Source: Candidatus Saccharimonadota bacterium
Lineage (GTDB): Bacteria; Patescibacteriota; Saccharimonadia; Saccharimonadales; JACOTW01
Direction: 5' to 3'
DNA length: 64,000 nucleotides
NCBI GenBank assembly: GCA_016178135.1
Contig: JACOTW010000004.1
Location: 2,681 to 66,680 of the forward strand
The position numbers were made by a program, and so were the translations under genes. The notes beneath the pieces are model-generated. The model had not been told where the DNA came from. It saw only the letters and a program-made list of their open reading frames with translations, and made no database searches. Below, one piece after another: positions 54,187-62,735 of the stretch (positions are counted from its first letter, which is position 1; each line of letters begins with the position of its first letter).

Positions 54187-54792
54187 CTAATAACTTTGAA
54201 TACTTTTGAATAAATCCGCAGTCTCTGATAGTTCAGGGCAAGCCTTTTCGAGGTAGAGGTACAAAGTTTGTCCGTTGTTAAGCTGAACTTTGTGTTTAAG
54301 CTCATTATCGACATCACTTGCTGGAAATTGGTTATGAACTAACTTAATGCCTCTCGAGCATGCTTGCAATTTTGGTACGGTCGCAAATAAGCTTGCTTGA
54401 GTTCTTGCGGTATACAATGCCTCCGTGCCTCGAACAGGGTAAGTACTAATACTAAGTTCGCCTTGCGAGTTGGTTATATCGCCCTTGTCGTATAGGTATG
54501 TTAAAGGTAATGCTACCCCTGGGTTAGGTAAATATAACTTACTTTCAGGAAAATATATATCACCGGTTCGTGGTTCAACAGGAGCATCCTTTTTTAAGCC
54601 TCTAACAGCTAAAAGTATCAGTTCCCTAATCTGTACCAAACCTGCCTGACTGGCCGCATCATTGTAATAACGAACTTTATATATTCCTAAAACTGTTCCA
54701 ATGACTACGAGAACTGCTATCACTATTAAAACGGCAGTAGTAATCAGTTTCTTTTCGGTCTTCCCGGTAGCTTTTTTTGATTTTTTTGTCAT
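54187..54792 (-). CDS. Hypothetical membrane-anchored protein
   Basis: The ATG at 54792 follows AAGGA. It has a basic N-terminus, one TM segment and no recognised motif. Confidence 0.4.
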   Translation of the reverse strand: MTKKSKKATGKTEKKLITTAVLIVIAVLVVIGTVLGIYKVRYYNDAASQAGLVQIRELILLAVRGLKKDAPVEPRTGDIYFPESKLYLPNPGVALPLTYLYDKGDITNSQGELSISTYPVRGTEALYTARTQASLFATVPKLQACSRGIKLVHNQFPASDVDNELKHKVQLNNGQTLYLYLEKACPELSETADLFKSIQSY

Positions 54793-54864
54793 AAAATCCT
54801 TGATTATTATATTAAGCAAAACTATACATTTTAAGTATTAGAAACACAATAAACATTAACGAAT

Positions 54865-54941
54865 TGGTACACCCGGCAGGATTTGAACCTACGACCTTTG
54901 GCTCCGCAAGCCAACGCTCTATCCAGCTGAGCTACGGGTGC
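54865..54941 (-). tRNA. tRNA-Arg (anticodon read as GCG)
   Basis: Hand-folded. Acceptor GCACCCG/CGGGTGT (G1-U72), D-arm GCTC...GAGC, anticodon stem TTGGC/GCCAA with loop TTGCGGA, T-arm GTAGG-TTCAAAT-CCTGC, and an encoded CCA. Confidence 0.85.
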
Positions 54942-55011
54942 ATATTTCCTAATAATGACGTGATTACTAATTTAACAGAAAACAGGGGTAAAGCCAAGTG
55001 GGCGATAGAGA

Positions 55012-55809
55012 TTAGAAGCGAACTTTGCGCATTAAGTTATCAATAACGTCGAGTTGACGTTCTTCATGTGGCAAATAAGTACTTAATATGTCCACTATTT
55101 GATCCTCTTGTTCAGGCGGATAATAGATTGATGCACCAGGTACAAAACGCTTAATAGGCATAAAGACAATAGACGAAATAGCTCCCTCTGCTACGATCGA
55201 GAAAGACTTAAACGATTCGTATGGATAAAATTTCTGGCCAATACCAACCCCCTGGCTACTTATAGCATATGATAGAGTACGTGGTTTTCTGGCGCCAAAA
55301 ATACCAAAAATAATAGCTACAAGTACCACCATGCCGGTAGAAATTTTATCTCTAGTAAAAAGAAACACCACTAAAGCCACGACAGTCGTACCGCCAAATA
55401 AGCTCACATACCATCTGTTATTTTTTTCATGAGCAATAAATTCTGATGCCGACCAGCTTATTTCATCTGAAACAGGATTTTCATACGTGAATGACGGATC
55501 TGACATATTGGATTCGGGTGAAACTTCTTGTTCTTGGGGTAAGTCAGCTCGAGCAACAACAGCTTCATTTGAACGAGTTGTATTTGTAGGCACATCGGTC
55601 GAAAGAGAACTGTTTGTAGCCGAGGTAGTTTGGGTTGGGGGTGGAGGAGCTTCGTGCGTATATGGCACAGGCACCTGTTCTATTGGCTGAACAATTTTAG
55701 TCGATTCATTGTTTTGTTGTGCGTTGTCGGCTTGAGAGGGAGGAGTATTGGTTGAATTTTCAGGTTGGATAAGTTGCCCTGGCTGATTTTGATTACTCCC
55801 ATTTTCCAT
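55012..55809 (-). CDS. Hypothetical membrane protein with a low-complexity N-terminus
   Basis: 265 aa with a Q/N/P/T-rich first ~100 aa, two TM segments and a C-terminal globular part. I recognised no motif. Confidence 0.4.
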   Translation of the reverse strand: MENGSNQNQPGQLIQPENSTNTPPSQADNAQQNNESTKIVQPIEQVPVPYTHEAPPPPTQTTSATNSSLSTDVPTNTTRSNEAVVARADLPQEQEVSPESNMSDPSFTYENPVSDEISWSASEFIAHEKNNRWYVSLFGGTTVVALVVFLFTRDKISTGMVVLVAIIFGIFGARKPRTLSYAISSQGVGIGQKFYPYESFKSFSIVAEGAISSIVFMPIKRFVPGASIYYPPEQEDQIVDILSTYLPHEERQLDVIDNLMRKVRF

Positions 55810-55833
55810 AAGCGTATTGTAGCATAAGGTAGT

Positions 55834-55922
55834 TATACTGGACCTGTCGCAAAATCCCTAATTCACTGTCTCTACGGATATGCTTCTCTTGCGAAATGAC
55901 AATTTTTGATTCGTAAATCCAT
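55834..55922 (+). repeat. Short family B derivative (B7, ~89 bp)
   Basis: Its ends are TATACTGGACCTGTCGCAAAATCCC and TTTGATTCGTAAATCCAT. It lies 25 bp upstream of the 55809 start codon. Confidence 0.5.
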
Positions 55923-55984
55923 GGCCTAAAAAAGATATGTTTTGTTTTGGGATTGCTATATCTGTTATAATTGCACTCTGTTAC

Positions 55985-56077
55985 GGAGGAGTACCCAAGT
56001 GGCTGAAGGGGATGGTTTGCTAAATCATTAGGGGGGAGCAATCTCCCGCGAGAGTTCGAATCTCTCCTCCTCCGCCA
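55985..56077 (+). tRNA. tRNA-Ser (anticodon GCU)
   Basis: Hand-folded. Acceptor GGAGGAG/CTCCTCC, anticodon stem ATGGT/ATCAT with loop TTGCTAA, a long variable arm, T-arm GAGAG-TTCGAAT-CTCTC, and CCA. Confidence 0.9.
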
Positions 56078-56245
56078 TAATCCAGGATACAGACCTGGCG
56101 ATTTTTCTTATCGCATCGGCAAAATGGAAGATATTTTGGCGGGTTGTTATGAGGGTGGCAAGACGAGCGAAATCATAGACTCCCAGTGCCCAATAAGATG
56201 TATAATGTGATAGTAGCCACTCGTCATTAATGCTAAGGAGAAGTA

Positions 56246-56434
56246 ATGAAAATCAATGGAATCACAAAAGTTATATTTGTTATTTTTGTAATTGTAGTTG
56301 CAATTTTTGGCTCGCTTGTCGCGCTTGACGTTATGGCAGTAGAGACATTCAAGGATAGTACTCTAAAAGTTGGAGTTGTGAGTTTGATTATGATTGCAAC
56401 TTCGGCTGTAATTTCGCTCGTAACCAGAAAATAG
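56246..56434 (+). CDS. Small two-TM membrane protein (hypothetical)
   Basis: 62 aa with a strong SD (AAGGAGAAGTAATG) and two hydrophobic segments. It lies between two tRNA genes. Confidence 0.4.
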   Translation: MKINGITKVIFVIFVIVVAIFGSLVALDVMAVETFKDSTLKVGVVSLIMIATSAVISLVTRK

Positions 56435-56443
56435 AGTAAATAG

Positions 56444-56533
<90 letters not shown>

Positions 56534-56567
56534 AACATAAACCCCGTTTCATACGGGGTTTATGTTT
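56534..56567 (+). terminator. Long hairpin immediately after tRNA-Ser(UGA)
   Basis: AAACATAAACCCCG-TTTCATA-CGGGGTTTATGTTT forms a 14-bp perfect stem. Confidence 0.55.
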
Positions 56568-56671
56568 GGCTAAATGGTTGTGAATTCGAACGACAATGCC
56601 CTGTGGGCATTGACCGCCTTTAGCCCCGTAAGGGGTTTCCTTGGCAAAAGTATATTTCTTTTGCCGGAAAG

Positions 56672-56693
56672 TCGAATCCCTCCCTCTCCGCCA
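56672..56693 (+). repeat. Direct repeat of the 3' end of tRNA-Ser(UGA) (att-like scar)
   Basis: TCGAATCCCTCCCTCTCCGCCA is identical to 56512-56533, 160 bp upstream. Confidence 0.85.
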
Positions 56694-56753
56694 GATAAAA
56701 AGTGGAACTTTTACAGAGGTCAGCGTAGGGGCAAGAACAATCAAAGAGGACAA

Positions 56754-56773
56754 AAGGCTCCGTTAGGAGCCTT
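56754..56773. terminator. Bidirectional hairpin terminator downstream of the recombinase gene
   Basis: AAGGCTCC-GTTA-GGAGCCTT forms an 8-bp stem. It is flanked by CAAAA upstream and AATTTT downstream. Confidence 0.55.
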
Positions 56774-56879
56774 AATTTTGTCTCAAGGGTCTAGTTTAGC
56801 CTGACCCCACCTGGGACTGGAACTACCGGGTAACTCCTTAAAGCCCAAAGTTTCTGGAACTTTACTCCTTGGTTACTTT

Positions 56880-58154
56880 TTAGATCTGAGTGGTTAGTTC
56901 TTTGTCTTTAAGATAAATCGTTTGATTAAGACAGGCTATTAGATCTCGTTTTTCGCTCCTGGTGCCTTCTGTAAGAACATATTTAGCGAAGTTATGTAGG
57001 CTAATCTCAGGCTGACCCTCGCTGTCGTTGAATCCTAGTACGGCAGATGATAAGCGCCTGAATCTATCAAGCTCAGCCCTTAATCCTTCTTTAGCTTCAA
57101 TTTCTTCGATTGTTATCTTAGCCAGTAGTCTAACAAAGGCTTCGGCCAAGCTTTCTTCCCGGATATAAGCTTGCGGACAGTCAAAGTTCCTTGATTGGGT
57201 GCAGTGATAGTACACATACCGACTAGCAGTTCCGTTTTTATGCTTTTTAAGCTTCTCTTGAGCTGTAACGCCGGATTCGCATCCACCGCATCTAAGCAGT
57301 TTAGTGAAGTCAAACTGTTTGGTGCCTGGCTTACTCTTTGGGTTCACTTCCATTTGCTTTTGAACAGCGTCAAATAGCTCTCTTGAAATTATCGGTGTAT
57401 ACGAGCCTTTGTACCATTTGCCGCTGCCCATCGGGAACTCGAAGATGCCACAGTAGTAAGGGTTATTCAGCATGCGGTAGACACCGCTCAGAGTCAGAAG
57501 CTTGCCGCTTTTGGTTCTAAAGCCTGTTTCCTTCATCCAATCATAGATTTCTCGACCGCTAGCTCCGGCGGCCATTTTCTCAAAGGCTTGTTTTATCGCA
57601 GGCGCTCTGGCCTCGTCAACAAATACCTTCTTCATACCTTTGCCCGAATAATGATCGTTAAGATAGCCTAACGGCGTCATATTAGGCCTAAAGCCAAGCT
57701 CACACTTGGTTTTCATACCTCGTTTAACATTGATGCCTCTATTGTCATTCTCTAGCTTGGCTTGAGAGCACAGAATCATTAGTAAAAACTTGTCATTTGG
57801 TGAATTAGTGAATACCTGACCATGTGTTCTGATCTCAACCAACCTGCCTTGATCCATTAAGTCCACCAGGACACCTAAGTCGCCAGCATTTCGTGAGAGC
57901 CTATCTGGTGCCCAGCTTAGTATGCCAGTGAACAAGCCTCTCCGCACGTCAGCTATTATCCCCTCGAAAACCGGCCTTTGTCCTGATTGTTTAGCAGAGT
58001 GGCTCTCTTTCCTGATCTCGGTGGCCCGAAGCCCTTGCTTTTCGGCTTGGATCGCCATTTCTTTTAGTTGCGAGTCAATTGAGAGGGCTTGTCTCTCGTC
58101 ATCTTCACTTGATTTTCTTGCATAAAGACAGTATTCAACTCGTTCTGCCTTTAT
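56880..58154 (-). CDS. Large serine recombinase (resolvase domain + recombinase + zinc-ribbon); no canonical start codon upstream of the catalytic motif
   Basis: The track ORF starts at ATG 58058. The frame is open up to a stop at 58248-58250 and encodes ...KAERVEYCLYARKSSEDDERQALSIDSQLKEM..., the catalytic Ser region. No ATG, GTG or TTG occurs in that stretch. Downstream motifs include DRLSRN and CGGCESG...YYHC. Confidence 0.75.
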   Translation of the reverse strand: MKAERVEYCLYARKSSEDDERQALSIDSQLKEMAIQAEKQGLRATEIRKESHSAKQSGQRPVFEGIIADVRRGLFTGILSWAPDRLSRNAGDLGVLVDLMDQGRLVEIRTHGQVFTNSPNDKFLLMILCSQAKLENDNRGINVKRGMKTKCELGFRPNMTPLGYLNDHYSGKGMKKVFVDEARAPAIKQAFEKMAAGASGREIYDWMKETGFRTKSGKLLTLSGVYRMLNNPYYCGIFEFPMGSGKWYKGSYTPIISRELFDAVQKQMEVNPKSKPGTKQFDFTKLLRCGGCESGVTAQEKLKKHKNGTASRYVYYHCTQSRNFDCPQAYIREESLAEAFVRLLAKITIEEIEAKEGLRAELDRFRRLSSAVLGFNDSEGQPEISLHNFAKYVLTEGTRSEKRDLIACLNQTIYLKDKELTTQI

Positions 58155-58301
58155 ATCGATGCCCTGGACTGGTTTGCCATTGGCAATTGGAAGGCTGAGG
58201 TATTGGTGAGCTGTATTTCTGATGGGTTCATCAAGGACAAAGGTACTCTACAGGGGGTGGAAGTCTAGCCCAAATCCAAAGAGACTTTGAGAAAATAAAT
58301 A

Positions 58302-59204
58302 TTAGGCCTTATTGGTGCAAAATGCTTCAACAATCGCCATTCTTACATACAGCCCATGTTCATTTTGGATAAAGTAGTGAGCTTGAGGCAAGTTGTCTAC
58401 GGCAACAGCAATCTCATCTATCCGTGGCAGTGGATTCAGGATAATACAGTCTTCGCTTAAAGTCTTAGCATTGATCTCGGTAATTATATATTTACGAATA
58501 ATTTTCTGGGAGAATGTCCCTGACGGATTTACGGGTGGGAAACCAGCACTGTAGAGCACTTGCTCTTTGCCCAAGTCAGTCTTTTCTAGGCGCATCAGTA
58601 CGTTTTTCTTTTCGAAGGCTTCTTTATATTTGCGCTCTAGTACTAACTCGTCTGGGGCAATTTCATTAACAGTATTACCTGAGAATTTAGCCAACAGCAG
58701 TATGAGCGAATGCACTGAACGAGAGTATTTTAAGTCGCCGATTATAGTAATCGTTAGATTATCAAGGCGACCAAATTTTGACCAAATTGCGTAAGCATCA
58801 ATCAGCGCTTGTGTTGGGTGCTCATCATTTCCATTGCCGCAGTTAATTACTGGGTACTTAGTATAAGGAGTGATTTGATCAAAAATAGCACTATTGGGGT
58901 GTCGAATGAAATAAAAGTCTACGTATGCATTCATTGTGCGGATAGTATCAGCAATACTTTCTGACCAACCCTCTGAAACGCTTGGTTTTGTTTCATCAAG
59001 CAGGATAGTTTTATAACCTAATTTCCAAGAAGCCGCCTCAAAACCCACACGGGTACGGGTCGACGGTGTAAAAAAGAGCAGACCGCCCATCTTTAAAGTA
59101 TTGATTTTATATGCAGTTAGCTGGTCGTTGCGAAATTTTTCTGCCCGTCTAAACAGATCCAGTACTTCTTTTTTGGTGATATCTTTTATGCTAAGAAAAT
59201 TCAT
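58302..59204 (-). CDS. Aspartate/ornithine carbamoyltransferase-family protein (PyrB-like)
   Basis: 300 aa with STRTR (carbamoyl-phosphate site), HPTQ and NPLPRIDEI, which resembles the HPLPRxxEI motif of ATCases. Confidence 0.75.
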   Translation of the reverse strand: MNFLSIKDITKKEVLDLFRRAEKFRNDQLTAYKINTLKMGGLLFFTPSTRTRVGFEAASWKLGYKTILLDETKPSVSEGWSESIADTIRTMNAYVDFYFIRHPNSAIFDQITPYTKYPVINCGNGNDEHPTQALIDAYAIWSKFGRLDNLTITIIGDLKYSRSVHSLILLLAKFSGNTVNEIAPDELVLERKYKEAFEKKNVLMRLEKTDLGKEQVLYSAGFPPVNPSGTFSQKIIRKYIITEINAKTLSEDCIILNPLPRIDEIAVAVDNLPQAHYFIQNEHGLYVRMAIVEAFCTNKA

Positions 59205-59391
59205 GGCTAGTTAAACTTATTATACCGAGTGAATGGACTATACAATAACGTAGAATAATTTTTTTGCATAAGTACTTTCTAGGTATACAATGAAAATTAG
59301 ACAAACTGCTCCGTGGCCACTGTATCCTTAGGCAGGAAATATCGCTAGCTGGTAATGCTTGTCTATCAGAGAGTAAAGGAAATATTTAGCG

Positions 59392-60096
59392 ATGAGTATA
59401 GAGACCGAAAGATTATTACCTCGTCATGATAATCCACATCAGCTAGGGAGGGCTGTACTGGACCTCATACAATCTCGTCGCAGCTTACGTGAGGGCTTTA
59501 TTGACAAACCTATCCCAACTGAAGTTATTGATGAGATAATCCAAAGTGGCCTAAGAGCACCCTCGTCCAAGAATGCACAACCTTGGCGAGTTCACGTACT
59601 CGAACGCGGTGAACGACTAGCTGGTATTGCTGACACTGTTCAATTTGCTAAGAACGCCAGAGACTACGCACCTATAGATCCTGCAACAGGTCAATTGCGC
59701 CAATGGGAGTCAACAGTGGCCGAATCTGCCCAAGTACTCCGCGCGGTAGGGGTCGGCTTGTTTGTTGAGAATCGGGGGGCTTTTAGTGGTGGGCGCCAAT
59801 CGGTGGCTAATGCTAACAATTCTGTTCGTGGTAATGGAATTGTAGGGTATAGCTTTGAGATGATCGGATTAGGAGCTATGGTCGAAAATATGTGGTTGAG
59901 TGCGCATGCTCAAGGCTTAGGCGGTGTTTTCATGGGTGATGTGCTAGTTGCCGAAGAAGAAATTCAAGCAGAGTTAGCCTTTAGCGGAGATTTGGTTGGA
60001 GTTTTGGCGTTGGGTTATACCGATTTACAGCCATTCGAGAAAGCCTTAAAAGCTGATACGGTTGTTTATCATGATCCCAGCAAGGGAGCCCTGTAG
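59392..60096 (+). CDS. Nitroreductase-family flavoprotein
   Basis: 234 aa. RRSLREGF...LRAPSSKNAQPWRVHVL is typical of the nitroreductase fold. Confidence 0.75.
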   Translation: MSIETERLLPRHDNPHQLGRAVLDLIQSRRSLREGFIDKPIPTEVIDEIIQSGLRAPSSKNAQPWRVHVLERGERLAGIADTVQFAKNARDYAPIDPATGQLRQWESTVAESAQVLRAVGVGLFVENRGAFSGGRQSVANANNSVRGNGIVGYSFEMIGLGAMVENMWLSAHAQGLGGVFMGDVLVAEEEIQAELAFSGDLVGVLALGYTDLQPFEKALKADTVVYHDPSKGAL

Positions 60097-60100
60097 AACT

Positions 60101-61306
60101 ATGGCACAAAATGGATTCGAACAGACGGGTTTAACTAATTTTGCTGATGTCGCGGCGGCACAACAGCTAAAAGTCGAACTAATTACAGAGGGATTATTTA
60201 TTGACCCAGAGACTCAAAGGGCACTTGTCGAATCTGACGATACTCCATTAACAATGGCTGACTATGCATCAACATCCGGAGTTACCCTCAAATTACCTGG
60301 CGATGTATGGGTGAATGCACCTATTAATGAATTTAATCCTAACTTTGTAGAAGCTCCTCTAAGCCATTTAATAATTGAGGATGGAAAGACATATGTTGTA
60401 AATGGGGGTGATTCTCAAGAAGTTGAGTTTATACCAGTACCCTCCTATAACGACAAAAAACTTGAAGACGGTAGTCCGGTTAAATGGATAGCTATCACTC
60501 ATTCAGATAGAGTACGATTGTCTCCTGTTAAGGGGTGCACTGTGCAGTGCGATTTCTGCGATATCCCATTTGATCGTAGAGAGGGTGAACCCCGTTATGG
60601 TGGTAGAAAGTTAATAGGTAATATATTAGAGGCAGCTGGCGTGGCTTTAAGCGATCCTGTATTACCGGCTCAACACGTTCTGATTTCGGGAGGCACTCCG
60701 AGCAAGAGGGACTACGGTTACGAAAATGAAGTCTATGAACGAGTGGTGACTGAAAATCCTGGGGTAGATGTCGATATCATGATGGTGCCCATGCCTGGGC
60801 TGTTAGATGTTAAGCACTTAGGCAAGCTTGGTGTCCATGGGCTGAGTATTAATCTTGAGCTTTGGAATAAAGAAATAGCTGTTCGAACTATGCGAAGCAA
60901 AGTTAAATCATCCCGTGAGCTATACTTTGATTTCATTGAAGAAGCAACTGAAGAATTTGGTCCTGGTAGAGTTCGGTCACTCCTTATGGTCGGTATTGAA
61001 CCCATTGAGGACACTTTAAGAGGTGTTGAGGCACTTGCTCAGCGTGGCTGTGATCCAGTTTTAAGTCCATTTCGCCCCGACCCAATGACTCCATTAAGAG
61101 ACATGGCGCCACCGACCTCTGCTCATCTCCTTGAAGTCTGGCAAAGAAGTCAGGAAATTGTTGCAAGGTACGACGGTGTAAAGCTTGGCCCACGCTGTAT
61201 CCCGTGTATGCACAACACCTTAACTTTTCCAGATGGAACTGAGGATTATTACCATTCAAAACAGACTCCTCGAGATTTGATCACTACCCAACATGATCAA
61301 ATCTAA
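60101..61306 (+). CDS. Radical SAM enzyme
   Basis: The ATG at 60101 is preferred; the track TTG at 60062 overlaps the previous gene. It has the CxxxCxxC cluster GCTVQCDFCDI, a glycine-rich ISGGTPS motif and an extra CIPC pair near the C-terminus. Confidence 0.75.
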   Translation: MAQNGFEQTGLTNFADVAAAQQLKVELITEGLFIDPETQRALVESDDTPLTMADYASTSGVTLKLPGDVWVNAPINEFNPNFVEAPLSHLIIEDGKTYVVNGGDSQEVEFIPVPSYNDKKLEDGSPVKWIAITHSDRVRLSPVKGCTVQCDFCDIPFDRREGEPRYGGRKLIGNILEAAGVALSDPVLPAQHVLISGGTPSKRDYGYENEVYERVVTENPGVDVDIMMVPMPGLLDVKHLGKLGVHGLSINLELWNKEIAVRTMRSKVKSSRELYFDFIEEATEEFGPGRVRSLLMVGIEPIEDTLRGVEALAQRGCDPVLSPFRPDPMTPLRDMAPPTSAHLLEVWQRSQEIVARYDGVKLGPRCIPCMHNTLTFPDGTEDYYHSKQTPRDLITTQHDQI

Positions 61307-62633
61307 ACTTTCGCCAACCTTGGAAACTGATGAGTACAGCTACTTCTTTACGATGCTTTCCGATAGATTTATCCCACTCAATAAAAAGTGGCAGAATAGT
61401 TTAGAAAAGCGGTTCAAGAAACCTTTTAAACCTATCTACATCCTGCCCTTTTACCATAATCACTATTTTGAAGAGGAAAATTATATCGTTCTAAACGAAT
61501 GGCTGGAAGATATCCATAAAAAGATGGGTCGTAAGGATATCATGAACTTAATTTATCCAGAAGATATCAATAAACAATTTTCCCAGTCGGAATTTATAGA
61601 GAATCTAACAAAAAAACTCATTAAAAAGCAGGGCAAAGTTTTTGTCTTGAGTTTTACTAGTGTTTGGCTCGATATCGACAATCCTAACGTAGTAGTACTT
61701 GGCCCGGAAGGCTCTGTAGCATCTCGTTATGATGCCAAGATAGAGCATATTAGAACCTTTAAAAAACTAGGAATGGATACGATTCAATCGACTGTCTATA
61801 AAAGTATTGAGGAGCTACGTAAGAAACAGACTGAGTATCCTTTTTTTATTTCAGCAATGTATTCTTCGGGCGGTATTGAAAGCAGAGCCATCTTCACGTC
61901 CGAAGACCTAGAAGCCTATTACTCTAAATTGAGACCTATTAATCAAGCAGAGCCTCTTATCGCTGCACGGTTTGTTGATGATATTGTACTAGCCCCGAAT
62001 TCAAACGCCATAGTAACCGGCCTAAATAAGACAACTATGGTATGTGTTTCCGACCAAATTTTGCGGAACAATCAATATATGGGCAACATCTACCCTTCGC
62101 AAGCATCTAAGGCTCATCAAAAACAGATCCACGAAATGACAATCAAAGTAGGAGATTACTTGTCGGGGCAAGGCTTTAAGGGTTTATTTGGTCTGGATTT
62201 CTTAATTACCAAGTCTGGCCATTGTTATCCAATTGACCTAAACCCAAGACGACAAGGCGGGTACTATTGCAACGTTATGTCGTCTCCGTTTGACTTAATT
62301 GATTTAGAACTTGCAGTAATACTCAATGAACCATTGCCAAAATTTTCATATAGCGACTTTCAGGTTGGCTATTGTTGGGCACATAGTAAACTCACACCCT
62401 ATTTCCCAAACATGAAGATTAGGGACGAAATTAATGAAGGCGATCCGATCGAGCCGTTTAAAAAGCTGGGAGCGACCTTTAAGGCGATCTATTACCCAAA
62501 AGGTTATACCTTAATGGTTGGTAACCCAGGTTTTTATCTTACAAGCGGAACGTCCTATCAAGAAGTGAAGCTAAGACTTTACGAGGAGACCGAAAAGTTA
62601 ATCTCAAAAAACTATGAACTGTACGAAGGATAA
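61293..62633 (+). CDS. ATP-grasp-fold ligase-like protein
   Basis: 446 aa. GFKGLFGLDFLITKSGHCYPIDLNPRRQGG matches the ATP-grasp C-terminal pattern (G.D.....g....EiNPR). Its start overlaps the radical SAM stop region. Confidence 0.6.
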   Translation: MIKSKLSPTLETDEYSYFFTMLSDRFIPLNKKWQNSLEKRFKKPFKPIYILPFYHNHYFEEENYIVLNEWLEDIHKKMGRKDIMNLIYPEDINKQFSQSEFIENLTKKLIKKQGKVFVLSFTSVWLDIDNPNVVVLGPEGSVASRYDAKIEHIRTFKKLGMDTIQSTVYKSIEELRKKQTEYPFFISAMYSSGGIESRAIFTSEDLEAYYSKLRPINQAEPLIAARFVDDIVLAPNSNAIVTGLNKTTMVCVSDQILRNNQYMGNIYPSQASKAHQKQIHEMTIKVGDYLSGQGFKGLFGLDFLITKSGHCYPIDLNPRRQGGYYCNVMSSPFDLIDLELAVILNEPLPKFSYSDFQVGYCWAHSKLTPYFPNMKIRDEINEGDPIEPFKKLGATFKAIYYPKGYTLMVGNPGFYLTSGTSYQEVKLRLYEETEKLISKNYELYEG

Positions 62634-62735
62634 GTATCGGTTTGTAGCTTACAAATTTGTCACCCTCCCAATATAATGAACACACTGTCTCATCAATTGA
62701 ACAGTATAATCATATAAATAAGGAGATGTTAGTAT

